Source of the DNA: Candidatus Woesebacteria bacterium
GTDB lineage: Bacteria > Patescibacteriota > Microgenomatia > UBA1400 > PJMF01
Reading direction: 5' to 3'
Assembly (NCBI GenBank): GCA_050123235.1
Contig: JASFHL010000004.1
Span: forward strand, 40,558-104,557
Length of the DNA: 64,000 nucleotides
The notes under the pieces are model-generated. The model had not been told where the DNA came from. It did not search any database and saw only the letters and a program-made list of their open reading frames with translations. Of this stretch, positions 17,094 through 26,016 are shown piece by piece. Both the position numbers and the translations under genes were made by a program. Numbering within the stretch: position 1 is the first letter of the stretch; each line of letters begins with the position of its first letter.

Positions 17094-18301
17094 ACCTGAC
17101 TAATACTTTTATCATCGCTATCAAAGCCATTCTTACCAACAAAGTGAGAAGCTTTCTCACCATGTTAGGCATTATCATTGGTGTTAGCTCAGTGGTCATG
17201 CTCACTTCCATTGGCACTGGTCTAGAAGCCTACATCACTGAACAATTTGAAAGCTTAGGTTCAAATAACATTCTTGTTTTTCCTGGCGATATTTTTGGAG
17301 AAGGTGGCGGTTTTAGTCGTGAAAGACAAGCAAGTGCTTTGCTCAATAACAAACTTAAATTATCAGATGTCAATGAAATTAAAAAGTTAAGAGAATTTGT
17401 AGAAACAGCTGTGCCTTTTAATACACATACGGACAAGGTGTCTTTCCAAACTGAAACCAAAACAGTGAGTTTGCTAGCCACCACTCATGAATATGATGAA
17501 GTATTTAATACTAAAATGGAAAAAGGAAGATTCTTTGACAAAGTGGAAGAACAAACTGGCAAACGAGTAGCTATTTTAGGTTTTTCTACTGCAGATGAAC
17601 TTTTTGGACAAGTTGATCCAATTGGTAAAAAAGTAAAAGTTGGCAATCATGTCTTTAAAGTTATTGGAGTGGCTGAAAAAAAAGGCGGTGGTTTTGGCGG
17701 GCCTTCTTTTGATACCTATGTTTATTTACCTTTAAAAACTTTTTCCAAAATTTATGACAAAAATGATATTGTAGAAATAGTAGCTAAAGCTAAGGACAAA
17801 GATAGTATTCCAGAAACCATTGAAGCGATTGAAAAAACAATGCTCAAAAGACTGAAAGATGATGAATTTAGTGTGCTTGATCAGTCTGAAATCTTGGAAA
17901 TGATCAATGAGATTTTAGGAATTTTAACTATTGGCTTGGGCGGCATTGCTGCAATTTCACTTCTAGTAGGCGGAATTGGCATCATGAATATCATGCTGGT
18001 TTCTGTGACTGAGCGAACTAATGAGATTGGCTTAAGAAAAGCATTAGGGGCGACACCCAATCAAATTTTATTACAATTTCTAATTGAAGCTGCGCTTTTG
18101 TCTATCTTGGGGGGCTTGATTGGTTTGGGCTTGGCCTTCTTGGGAGCACTGGTTATCCAAGCTTACTTTCCTGCTAAAGTAACCATGGGGGCGGTGATAT
18201 TGGCTTTTACTGTCTCAACTGCAGTAGGTTTAATTTTTGGGGCTGCCCCAGCTAGAAGAGCTTCAAAGTTGTCGCCAATTGAAGCGTTGAGATATGAGTA
18301 G
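17090..18301 (+). CDS. ABC transporter permease, FtsX/MacB family
   Basis: N-terminal TM, large periplasmic domain, C-terminal 3-TM FtsX-like block; 4-nt overlap with ATPase gene. Confidence 0.8.
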   Translation: MNLTNTFIIAIKAILTNKVRSFLTMLGIIIGVSSVVMLTSIGTGLEAYITEQFESLGSNNILVFPGDIFGEGGGFSRERQASALLNNKLKLSDVNEIKKLREFVETAVPFNTHTDKVSFQTETKTVSLLATTHEYDEVFNTKMEKGRFFDKVEEQTGKRVAILGFSTADELFGQVDPIGKKVKVGNHVFKVIGVAEKKGGGFGGPSFDTYVYLPLKTFSKIYDKNDIVEIVAKAKDKDSIPETIEAIEKTMLKRLKDDEFSVLDQSEILEMINEILGILTIGLGGIAAISLLVGGIGIMNIMLVSVTERTNEIGLRKALGATPNQILLQFLIEAALLSILGGLIGLGLAFLGALVIQAYFPAKVTMGAVILAFTVSTAVGLIFGAAPARRASKLSPIEALRYE

Positions 18302-18638
18302 GCTTATTTAAAAATACTTTTTTAAGCTCAACTTTCAGCTTTAAATGATCTTTTAGATGATGGATTTTTATTATCCACTTTCTCTTTTCCCCTTGCTTTG
18401 CTTCACATTCACTCACTCTGACAGTCACTTTAAGTGTTTTAGCTGTTTTTGTACTTGCATCTACAATTTCATCTACAAGGATTTCATTTACCCGTACTTT
18501 TACTAGCTCTCCACTTTTAGTTCTAATGCGTATTATTTCTCCTTCTATTAAAGTTGAGCCATCTGGTAAACCTAGTGGTTTCTCTTCAGGACCTTTTTCA
18601 GTAAGTACATAGCCTATTGCAACTTCTGATTCTGGCAT
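18252..18638 (-). CDS. hypothetical protein (128 aa); convergent with and overlapping the 3' end of the FtsX gene by 50 nt
   Basis: ORF track only; non-junk composition. Confidence 0.35.
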   Translation of the reverse strand: MPESEVAIGYVLTEKGPEEKPLGLPDGSTLIEGEIIRIRTKSGELVKVRVNEILVDEIVDASTKTAKTLKVTVRVSECEAKQGEKRKWIIKIHHLKDHLKLKVELKKVFLNKPTHISTLQLATTLKLF

Positions 18639-18715
18639 TGTTATCCTTTCTTAGATTCAAAAATCCAAATTATTAATTCGTAATTAATAAAAATTTATAC
18701 TAAAATATAAACAGG

Positions 18716-19051
18716 ATGACGCTAATCAAAAAACTACTCTTCTTGGTACTGATTCTAACCATCGCTGGTGCTGGAGTTTACTGGGCAGCTAATCAAGGTT
18801 ATCTTAAAGATACTCCTTTGGCTAATATCAGTGGCCAAGATCTGACAGAGTTTGCCCAAGACACATCAGAACAAACTAAAATTTTAGGTTCTAGAGCTAG
18901 TGAAACTGGCCAACACATTCAAACTGTATTGGGGGAAAGCATCCAGGCTAGTGATGAAAATCAGGCAATTCATGAAAAAGCTTTTGAATATGGACGTTAT
19001 TTATATTGCAAAGCAGTAGTAGAGGAATATGAGCAGGAGAATAAAAAATAA
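18716..19051 (+). CDS. hypothetical small protein with N-terminal TM helix
   Basis: ORF track. Confidence 0.4.
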   Translation: MTLIKKLLFLVLILTIAGAGVYWAANQGYLKDTPLANISGQDLTEFAQDTSEQTKILGSRASETGQHIQTVLGESIQASDENQAIHEKAFEYGRYLYCKAVVEEYEQENKK

Positions 19052-19087
19052 TATAGTTAGTAAAATAAAAATCTTGGGGTAAATAGT

Positions 19088-19247
19088 AAAACATTACTAT
19101 ACTAAATATAAGAGCGTTAAAGCGAGGTCTGGCTAAGTTCAAATCAGCAATAAATATACTACCGAGCTTTACCGAGTGAGCTTCGTAGATTAAAAAAAGA
19201 AGTAATGTAGCGGCGAACGACTCTTATATTTAGTATAGTAATGTTTT
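19088..19247 (+). repeat. MITE-like palindromic repeat, full copy C (26-bp perfect TIR)
   Basis: aaacattactatactaaatataagag ... ctcttatatttagtatagtaatgttt; same core. Confidence 0.8.
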
Positions 19248-19296
19248 AGGCAAATGACCCCAGTTTTTTATCTCATCACTAACTCTACTATTTTTA

Positions 19297-20034
19297 TCAA
19301 CCTCCAAACCTTCTCTGCCTTTTAGCAAACTCTGCCAAAGCCTTATCTAACTCATCCTTATCAAAATCTGGCATTAGAACTTCAGTGAAATAATACTCAG
19401 CATAAATACCAGACCAAGTTAAAAATCCAGACATTCTTTGCTCACCACCAGTGCGGATAATTAAATCAGGATCTGGCAAATCAGCAGTATCTAAATACTT
19501 GGCAAATAATTTTTCTGTAATTAAACGTTTTTTTTTGGAATAAGCAACCTGACTAGGTTTTAATTTAAGTTTTCCAGATTGCAGATCTTGCAATAAAGCA
19601 GCCACAGCTCTCACAATCTCATCTCTACCACCATAATTGAGAGCAAAGGTGACAGTGATCTTATTATTGTCTTTTGTTTTCTCTATCCAGTCTTTTGTTT
19701 GTCTTTGAATGTCCTCATCGAAACGACTTAAATCACCGATTGTCTTAATCCTCACTCCTTTTTCATGCAATTTTTGAGAACTTTTACTAAACGAGTCACG
19801 AAATAATTGCATCAAATAATTGATTTCTTTCTGATCGCGCTTCCAATTCTCTGTACTAAAAGCCCAAAAAGTTATATAAGGAATCTGATATTCAATGCAA
19901 GCTTCAACTAAGCTTTCAATTTTTTCATTGGCTACTAATTGATGGCCTTTAAAAATTGCCAATCCTTTCTTTCTCGCCCAACGGCGGTTGCCATCCATAA
20001 TAATGGCCAGGTGTTTAAGAGGGTTTTTTTTCAT
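19297..20034 (-). CDS. uppS: isoprenyl transferase / undecaprenyl diphosphate synthase
   Basis: 'HLAIIMDGNRRWA' and 'ITFWAFSTENWKR' cis-prenyltransferase signatures. Confidence 0.9.
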   Translation of the reverse strand: MKKNPLKHLAIIMDGNRRWARKKGLAIFKGHQLVANEKIESLVEACIEYQIPYITFWAFSTENWKRDQKEINYLMQLFRDSFSKSSQKLHEKGVRIKTIGDLSRFDEDIQRQTKDWIEKTKDNNKITVTFALNYGGRDEIVRAVAALLQDLQSGKLKLKPSQVAYSKKKRLITEKLFAKYLDTADLPDPDLIIRTGGEQRMSGFLTWSGIYAEYYFTEVLMPDFDKDELDKALAEFAKRQRRFGG

Positions 20035-20117
20035 AAGGAAATTTTAACACAGATCAAGTATTTTTCTGAGATGGATGTAAAATTCAACGGATTGAATCTT
20101 TAAACTTATCCAAGACT

Positions 20118-22451
20118 CTACAGTTTCGCCCTAATTTTCATCTCAGCCTCAACCACTTCTCTGTCCTTACCATATTTAAGTCTAGACAGCTGTTTGATCA
20201 TTTCAGCCATCTTTGGATTCATTCTGGCTTTGACAGCATCCATATCTTTTTCCAAAGACATACTAAAAGCTGTCACTGGCTCATTTTTAACAATTGTTTT
20301 CACGTAAACATGATATTTTTCAATATTGATTAAATCACTTTCATTAAAAGTTGGAGAAAATTCATGTTGCAAAAAGTTGGCATCAGACACACCTACTCTA
20401 AATGAAATCATAGTACCGACGTTACCAAAAACAGCATTTTTTACTTCCTCATCAATCTGACTAATAAACTGGTTAGCGACTGTTAAGTTGAGACGATACT
20501 TTCGCGCCTCAGACAAAATTACAGCAAAATCTTCAGTGGCATAGTTTTGGAACTCGTCAACATATAAAAAGAAATCTTTACGCTGATCCATAGGAATATC
20601 TTGACGACTCATGGCAGCAGTAAGTACTTTTGGCACTAAAATTAAACCTAAAAATTTAGCATCTTCCTCACCTAGCGTACCCTTAGAGAGATTGACTAAA
20701 ATAATTTTTTCTTCATCCATGGCTTTTCTAAAATTAAAAGAGCTCTGCGTTTGACCAATAATATTACGCATGGTTTTATTGGTCACAAAACGGCCAAATT
20801 TAGACACAATATAATCCAAAACTTCTGATTTGTGAAAATCACTAGTTTGTGCCATCTGGTCTGTCCAATATCTTTTCACCACCGGGTCTTTAACAAAAGG
20901 CAACATTTCTTCCACAAATTTCTGGTCTGTCAAAACTCTTACCATTTCGATAAAAGTGGAATTCTGTTTACTCATAATGGTTAACATCGCATTACGAATA
21001 GCGTGTTCAAAACGAGGGCCAATAATACCAGTGCGATGTGGATCGTAAAGCTTGTACATCAATCCAATTACTGAGCTAACCACAAAATGTTTTTGCTCTT
21101 CAGTATCAGCTTCCATAATGTTTAAACCCATTGGGCGCTCTAAATCAGAAGGATTAAAGTAAATTACATCTTCCGCTCTTTCTGGAGGCATCAGTTGCAA
21201 AATATCTTCCACAAACTCACCATGAGGATCAATTGCACAAACACCATGGCCAGCTTCAATATCCTGAAGAATCATTTCTTTAAGAAATTCTGACTTACCT
21301 GTACCAGTTTTACCAATGATATAAGTATGCCTTCTTCTATCATCTAGACCCATATACACTTCTCTGACTTCACCACGATACATTGATCTACCCATATAAA
21401 GACCTTCATTGGGAATTTTATTGGGAGCTGGGGCGTTTTTGGCAGTCAGCCATTTGATATGATGTGTTTCAACAGTTTTATTGGGGAAGTGAAGAATAGT
21501 AGCCAATTCTTCTGTATTTAAAATAGCTGTGCCTCGATTGAAAAGAGGCATATAGCGATAAATAAAATCAATCATAAAAAGGTGTTTGATGAAAACTCTA
21601 GCCTCGGTAAAACTATTGTAAGCTGATTTAAACTGAGCAAAAGCACCTTTAATATTACTCAAATGAGAATCAGCTACTACTTCACTGGGCGAAGAAACAA
21701 CCATTCTGATTGATACTCTAAAGCCTGGTTTTTCTGCCTTGGTATTGATTGCCTCTATCTCTTTAGGGTCATGACTGTAAGTAGCTTTATCAGGGTCAGC
21801 TTCACGCTTTTTTTGTTTTTGTACGTGAGAACGACTTTTTTTCTGCCATTTGTTGCTAACCGGCTGAATTAAGATCTGCAAAATGCCACCTTCACCTTCA
21901 CCCATTTTGGAAAAAGCACTAGTAATAAGGGATAGACCATCAGTTGGCAGATCTTTGTAAGTTTTAATAGGATTGAAATGCTTATCATCCAATTTTAAAG
22001 CTGCTAACGATACTTTACCCTTTTCATTAAAAATATTAATTTCATCAACTTCTTTTATATTTGCCTGAGGATAAGCACCATGGATTTGCTTTTCTACTAA
22101 ATCTTGAATTTTACGCGCGCAACTAAGATAAAAGGCAATCTCTTCTTTAAGACCCACTATTTCAAAACTGATAATGTCATCTGTTTTGAGAAAGCTAGTC
22201 ACTCCAGTTTGTTTTAAAGACGAAAGGCCGGCAAACATTTGCTCAGCGGCATCAACCTTTATTTCATTGTCTTTGGGTACTCTCACTAAAAGAGTGACAA
22301 AGCTTAAAGCATAGTCTTCTCGTTTGCGATGTTTCAGCCACTGGATAAACATATAAGCAAAAACACCTAAGATAAGCCATGTGAGCACAATGGCTATTAA
22401 TAAAACAATTACAGCAATAAACTGGTTGATTAATAAATCAATTTTTCCCAT
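20118..22451 (-). CDS. type IV secretion system ATPase VirB4/TrbE/TraC-like with fused VirB3-like N-terminal TM segment
   Basis: N-terminal 2 TM helices, Walker A 'GKTGTGKS', Walker B-like 'LYVDEFQNY', ~780 aa typical of VirB4. Confidence 0.8.
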   Translation of the reverse strand: MGKIDLLINQFIAVIVLLIAIVLTWLILGVFAYMFIQWLKHRKREDYALSFVTLLVRVPKDNEIKVDAAEQMFAGLSSLKQTGVTSFLKTDDIISFEIVGLKEEIAFYLSCARKIQDLVEKQIHGAYPQANIKEVDEINIFNEKGKVSLAALKLDDKHFNPIKTYKDLPTDGLSLITSAFSKMGEGEGGILQILIQPVSNKWQKKSRSHVQKQKKREADPDKATYSHDPKEIEAINTKAEKPGFRVSIRMVVSSPSEVVADSHLSNIKGAFAQFKSAYNSFTEARVFIKHLFMIDFIYRYMPLFNRGTAILNTEELATILHFPNKTVETHHIKWLTAKNAPAPNKIPNEGLYMGRSMYRGEVREVYMGLDDRRRHTYIIGKTGTGKSEFLKEMILQDIEAGHGVCAIDPHGEFVEDILQLMPPERAEDVIYFNPSDLERPMGLNIMEADTEEQKHFVVSSVIGLMYKLYDPHRTGIIGPRFEHAIRNAMLTIMSKQNSTFIEMVRVLTDQKFVEEMLPFVKDPVVKRYWTDQMAQTSDFHKSEVLDYIVSKFGRFVTNKTMRNIIGQTQSSFNFRKAMDEEKIILVNLSKGTLGEEDAKFLGLILVPKVLTAAMSRQDIPMDQRKDFFLYVDEFQNYATEDFAVILSEARKYRLNLTVANQFISQIDEEVKNAVFGNVGTMISFRVGVSDANFLQHEFSPTFNESDLINIEKYHVYVKTIVKNEPVTAFSMSLEKDMDAVKARMNPKMAEMIKQLSRLKYGKDREVVEAEMKIRAKL

Positions 22452-22452
22452 A

Positions 22453-23562
22453 TTAAGCTTTTTCTTCAGCTGTGCGGTAGATTACCATACCTTTAAACAT
22501 TTTCATAATTTTTCTGCTAAATTCCACTAACCAACGCACACTAAATTTTGGACCTTTCCATTTACCCTTTTTTTCAGTTTTAGTAGTAATTGGAATGACA
22601 ATCACCGGCTTAGATGGCATTTGTGCTGGAGCAGGTAACTCTTCAGTGCCATCAGCCAAAACGACTTCCTGTGGTGGTAAAGTCGATTCATCTTTCACTT
22701 CTTGTAAAAAAGCTTCAACTTCAGGAGTAATCTCTGGGCTAGGAACTGGAGGCTCAACTTCAACTTGGCCCAGACCCGTCCCGGCATCAACTAGAGCCTG
22801 ATCTGGGCTAACAGCAGCATCAACTTTTTCTTTAACGCTACGTCCTGCATAGGCAGTGGCCAGTTGATCGTCTGCCTGATCAGCAGCTTGAGTAACTGCT
22901 GTGGGCACGGCTTGAGCGATGGCAGCAGGAATTGGGCTAGTGCTTGTTGGAGTAGTACTAGGACTGACGGCTGCCTGCGGCTGACCAGGCCTTGCCTGGG
23001 CTTGTGCTAATGGAGGGACTTTAGCAGTGTTGACTGGCGGGGTTGTAGTTGCTGCGACTTTGCTGCCTGGAGCTTGTGCTGCTGCCAAACCAGTAGTTAT
23101 TGTAACTGGGGCAGGAGTTTTAAGTTTCGCTGTCAGTTTTTTATCTGCAGCAATTTTCTGTTTTTTCTTTTGTTTCACAGTGCTGAGTAATGACTCTAGG
23201 GCATCCAGAGGAGATTGAGCTGGTTTTTGCGTAGTGCTTTGCCGAACTTTTGTTAGTGCTTGACTAGGCGAAGTAGTGATATTTGCTTTTGGACTTGCAG
23301 TTTGGATTTTATCAGCCCGCTGACTTGCTACATCATCTAGAACTTCCTCTAGAATATCTAATTTTCTGGCTGTAGAAATCTGTAGCTTAGTAGTTTGTGT
23401 ATCTTGAGTAGTTTGCTTTAGCTGAGTGGCTTGAGCAGCTGGAACTTGAGGTGAAATCGTTGCTTGCTGGTCATTAGAAGCTAAGCGAGAAGAAGAAGCT
23501 TGCCCAATATTTTGAGAAGACTGATTGTTCAGCGTTGGTTGAAATAATGATTGGTCTGTCAC
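22453..23562 (-). CDS. Pro/Ala/Thr/Gln-rich low-complexity protein, translationally coupled to VirB4 (stop/start 1 nt apart); GTG start
   Basis: ORF track; conserved-looking basic C-terminal ~50 aa. Confidence 0.5.
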   Translation of the reverse strand: MTDQSLFQPTLNNQSSQNIGQASSSRLASNDQQATISPQVPAAQATQLKQTTQDTQTTKLQISTARKLDILEEVLDDVASQRADKIQTASPKANITTSPSQALTKVRQSTTQKPAQSPLDALESLLSTVKQKKKQKIAADKKLTAKLKTPAPVTITTGLAAAQAPGSKVAATTTPPVNTAKVPPLAQAQARPGQPQAAVSPSTTPTSTSPIPAAIAQAVPTAVTQAADQADDQLATAYAGRSVKEKVDAAVSPDQALVDAGTGLGQVEVEPPVPSPEITPEVEAFLQEVKDESTLPPQEVVLADGTEELPAPAQMPSKPVIVIPITTKTEKKGKWKGPKFSVRWLVEFSRKIMKMFKGMVIYRTAEEKA

Positions 23563-23743
23563 TTATCCATGATAACATTTTAGAGGAGTGGCAGACAACG
23601 AGTTTGGAAATTGTTCCTGCATCTAGATGACTGTTTGTCTGCTCTGATACCATAGTTTGCTCCCTTTCAAATTTGTTAAAAATATTAATCTTTAGTATTT
23701 ATTATATATTATACTCAATTTTATAAAAAAATTAGCAAAATCA

Positions 23744-24025
23744 TTAATGTTGCTCATTAGGCCACTTGCCCCAGTGCTTAAGATCTGCTAGAAAAAAAAT
23801 AACATTACTAACACTAGGTTCATGAAATAACGTTCCAGTTACAATAGATTTATCAACCAATGTTTTAACTCCCTCTAAAACTACAACAGCTTCTCCAGTA
23901 AAATAAGCTGTTTTCAGTCTTCCATTTTTATGTGTACATAATTCACAAAAATGTAGTTCATCCTCATACCTTTTTACCAGAGCCACACTAATTCCATTTA
24001 ATAAAAATTTTTCTCGTTCTGGCAT
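23744..24025 (-). CDS. hypothetical protein (93 aa)
   Basis: ORF track. Confidence 0.4.
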   Translation of the reverse strand: MPEREKFLLNGISVALVKRYEDELHFCELCTHKNGRLKTAYFTGEAVVVLEGVKTLVDKSIVTGTLFHEPSVSNVIFFLADLKHWGKWPNEQH

Positions 24026-24040
24026 AAATTTTACTAACTT

Positions 24041-24574
24041 TTAGCTCTCTTCCAGCCCTAAACTAGCAGCCTTACCAGCCTCAAGTTCTAAAACTATGTT
24101 CACAGGTACTTTAGGATTGTAGATAGATAAATCTGATAATTGCATATCTTTAGTTGGAGCTGGGACATTTGCTGTGATATCTACTATTTTATCATCATCC
24201 ATCCAGACTAAATCCAGATCAAATCTCATTTCTTTCATCCAAAATTTAACAATCTCTTTCTCAGGAAAAACAAAAAGCATGCCATCACTGCCAATTTTAT
24301 CTCGACCACTTAAACCTTGATTGATACTCTCAGCTGTATTTACCACTTCTACAGTCAAAATATGCTCAGCAATTTTTATCTTGATTAATTGATGATCCTC
24401 TAAAGCCAAAAGTTTTTCTGCGGAAATTTCCTCTACCAAAAAATCTTCTTTATTATTAAAAAATATTTTGCCCTCTTTAAGTTCTAGAGAAATATTTGAA
24501 CCAGACCAATTTAAAAATAAAATGGAAAAAATTAAAGCTATAATTAAAATAAAAAGGAAAAATAATTTTTTCAT
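24041..24574 (-). CDS. DUF192-family protein (COG1430) with N-terminal signal/TM
   Basis: 'GLSGR...GMLFVF...FWMKEMRFDLDLVWMDDD' pattern. Confidence 0.6.
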   Translation of the reverse strand: MKKLFFLFILIIALIFSILFLNWSGSNISLELKEGKIFFNNKEDFLVEEISAEKLLALEDHQLIKIKIAEHILTVEVVNTAESINQGLSGRDKIGSDGMLFVFPEKEIVKFWMKEMRFDLDLVWMDDDKIVDITANVPAPTKDMQLSDLSIYNPKVPVNIVLELEAGKAASLGLEES

Positions 24575-24646
24575 AAATTAAGTGCTAGATCAAAATCCTA
24601 GCCAGACCTCGCTTCAACGTTCTTATATTTATCTATAGTAATGTTC
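24570..24646 (-). repeat. truncated copy of the MITE-like repeat (TIR + 'gttgaagcgaggtctggcta...agcac' half); abuts start codon of DUF192 gene
   Basis: sequence alignment to family. Confidence 0.65.
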
Positions 24647-24657
24647 TAAATAACTCT

Positions 24658-25491
24658 TCAAAGTTTAGCACGTCTCTGTCTTATTTTAACAAAATGGTGA
24701 ATAAATAGCGCAATTAACAAAAACAAAAGAAATAATTGATTAATTCCCAATCCCACTACTGGCAAAATCTCTTTTTCCACTCTCAAAAAATCCAAAAGAA
24801 AACGAATGCTGGCATAATAAAAGAAATAGAGTTGGAAATAAAGTCCGCTGCCCAGCTGCCAGGTTTGAGAAAGTTGCTGGCGTTGTTTGTTAAGTGTTTT
24901 GCTGTTTCCTTTCTTAGAAAAATTCTTCTCTAACCCCCAAATTAAAAAAGCAAAAGCTAGCATCAGAATTGCTTCATAAGCAAATAAAGGATGATAATAG
25001 GACAAGTCTTCATAATCAGCGATTCTGTTTTCAGGTTTGATATAAATCGCCCAAGGTAAATTGCTAGGCAAACCGTATAATTCTTGATTAAAATAATTTG
25101 CTAATCTACCTACGGCCTGAGCAAAAGGTAAGGCAAAAGCAAAAATATCTAAAAGTAAAATTACTGATAAACGACTCTTTTTTTTTCGCCAACTTTTACT
25201 AGCCAATCTACTCAGCAGCAACAAAGCTAAAAACCCACCTAATAGTGCCCCAATAATACTTAAGCCTCCTTGCCAAACTTTAAAAATATCCAAAAGCCGA
25301 CCTGTATACAAAGTAAAATCTGTAAAAATATGCCAAGCTCTGGCTCCAATTAAAGCAGCAATCATTAAAAAAATAAAAATTTTGAAAAAATAGTTTTCAT
25401 CAATGCCAGCAGCTTTTGCCTTTTTTTCTGATAAAAGAAAAAAAATAATTAGAGAAACGCCAATAATGATTCCATAATAATTGATAGTCAT
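24658..25491 (-). CDS. lgt: prolipoprotein diacylglyceryl transferase
   Basis: Lgt signature 'GRLANYFNQELYGLP', multi-TM. Confidence 0.8.
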   Translation of the reverse strand: MTINYYGIIIGVSLIIFFLLSEKKAKAAGIDENYFFKIFIFLMIAALIGARAWHIFTDFTLYTGRLLDIFKVWQGGLSIIGALLGGFLALLLLSRLASKSWRKKKSRLSVILLLDIFAFALPFAQAVGRLANYFNQELYGLPSNLPWAIYIKPENRIADYEDLSYYHPLFAYEAILMLAFAFLIWGLEKNFSKKGNSKTLNKQRQQLSQTWQLGSGLYFQLYFFYYASIRFLLDFLRVEKEILPVVGLGINQLFLLFLLIALFIHHFVKIRQRRAKL

Positions 25492-25524
25492 AGTAATGCA
25501 GAATAGTATTTTGCTTCACCTTTT

Positions 25525-25998
25525 CTAAAGCACAAATAACAATAAATTAAAAATTAAAATTAAAGCAAAGCTTATTCCGATCATGAGATTAATACCATCT
25601 TGATCTAAGTTTACTTTTACTTGCCACAAAAATCTTTGTTTAAAAAATTCGGGCCTATTTTTCAACTGCAGCATTTCCAATAAAAGACTTAGTGCTAAAC
25701 CCATGACGACACCATGACCAATTGTTTTTCCTCCCGAGGTAATAAGAAAAAAAGCTAAAACAATCAGTGTTATTAAAAAAACAACTGATCTGCTAATAAG
25801 ATGATAACGCTGATGCTCTAATTTATCTGTGAAGTCACTGGCATAATATTTATAAAGCAGATATTCATCGAGCAGTAAAAAAGCTAAACCTAAAAAAAGT
25901 CCTAAAACAAAAAAAATAAAAGCATTAAGTGGAGAGATAATAAAATAAAAAGGAATGCTATAGAGAGCGAGTAGTAAAATTTGGTTTAAAATTAACAT
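25525..25998 (-). CDS. hypothetical integral membrane protein
   Basis: ORF track, 4 predicted TM. Confidence 0.4.
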   Translation of the reverse strand: MLILNQILLLALYSIPFYFIISPLNAFIFFVLGLFLGLAFLLLDEYLLYKYYASDFTDKLEHQRYHLISRSVVFLITLIVLAFFLITSGGKTIGHGVVMGLALSLLLEMLQLKNRPEFFKQRFLWQVKVNLDQDGINLMIGISFALILIFNLLLFVL

Positions 25999-26016
25999 AA
26001 ATAGTTACTATTAATT

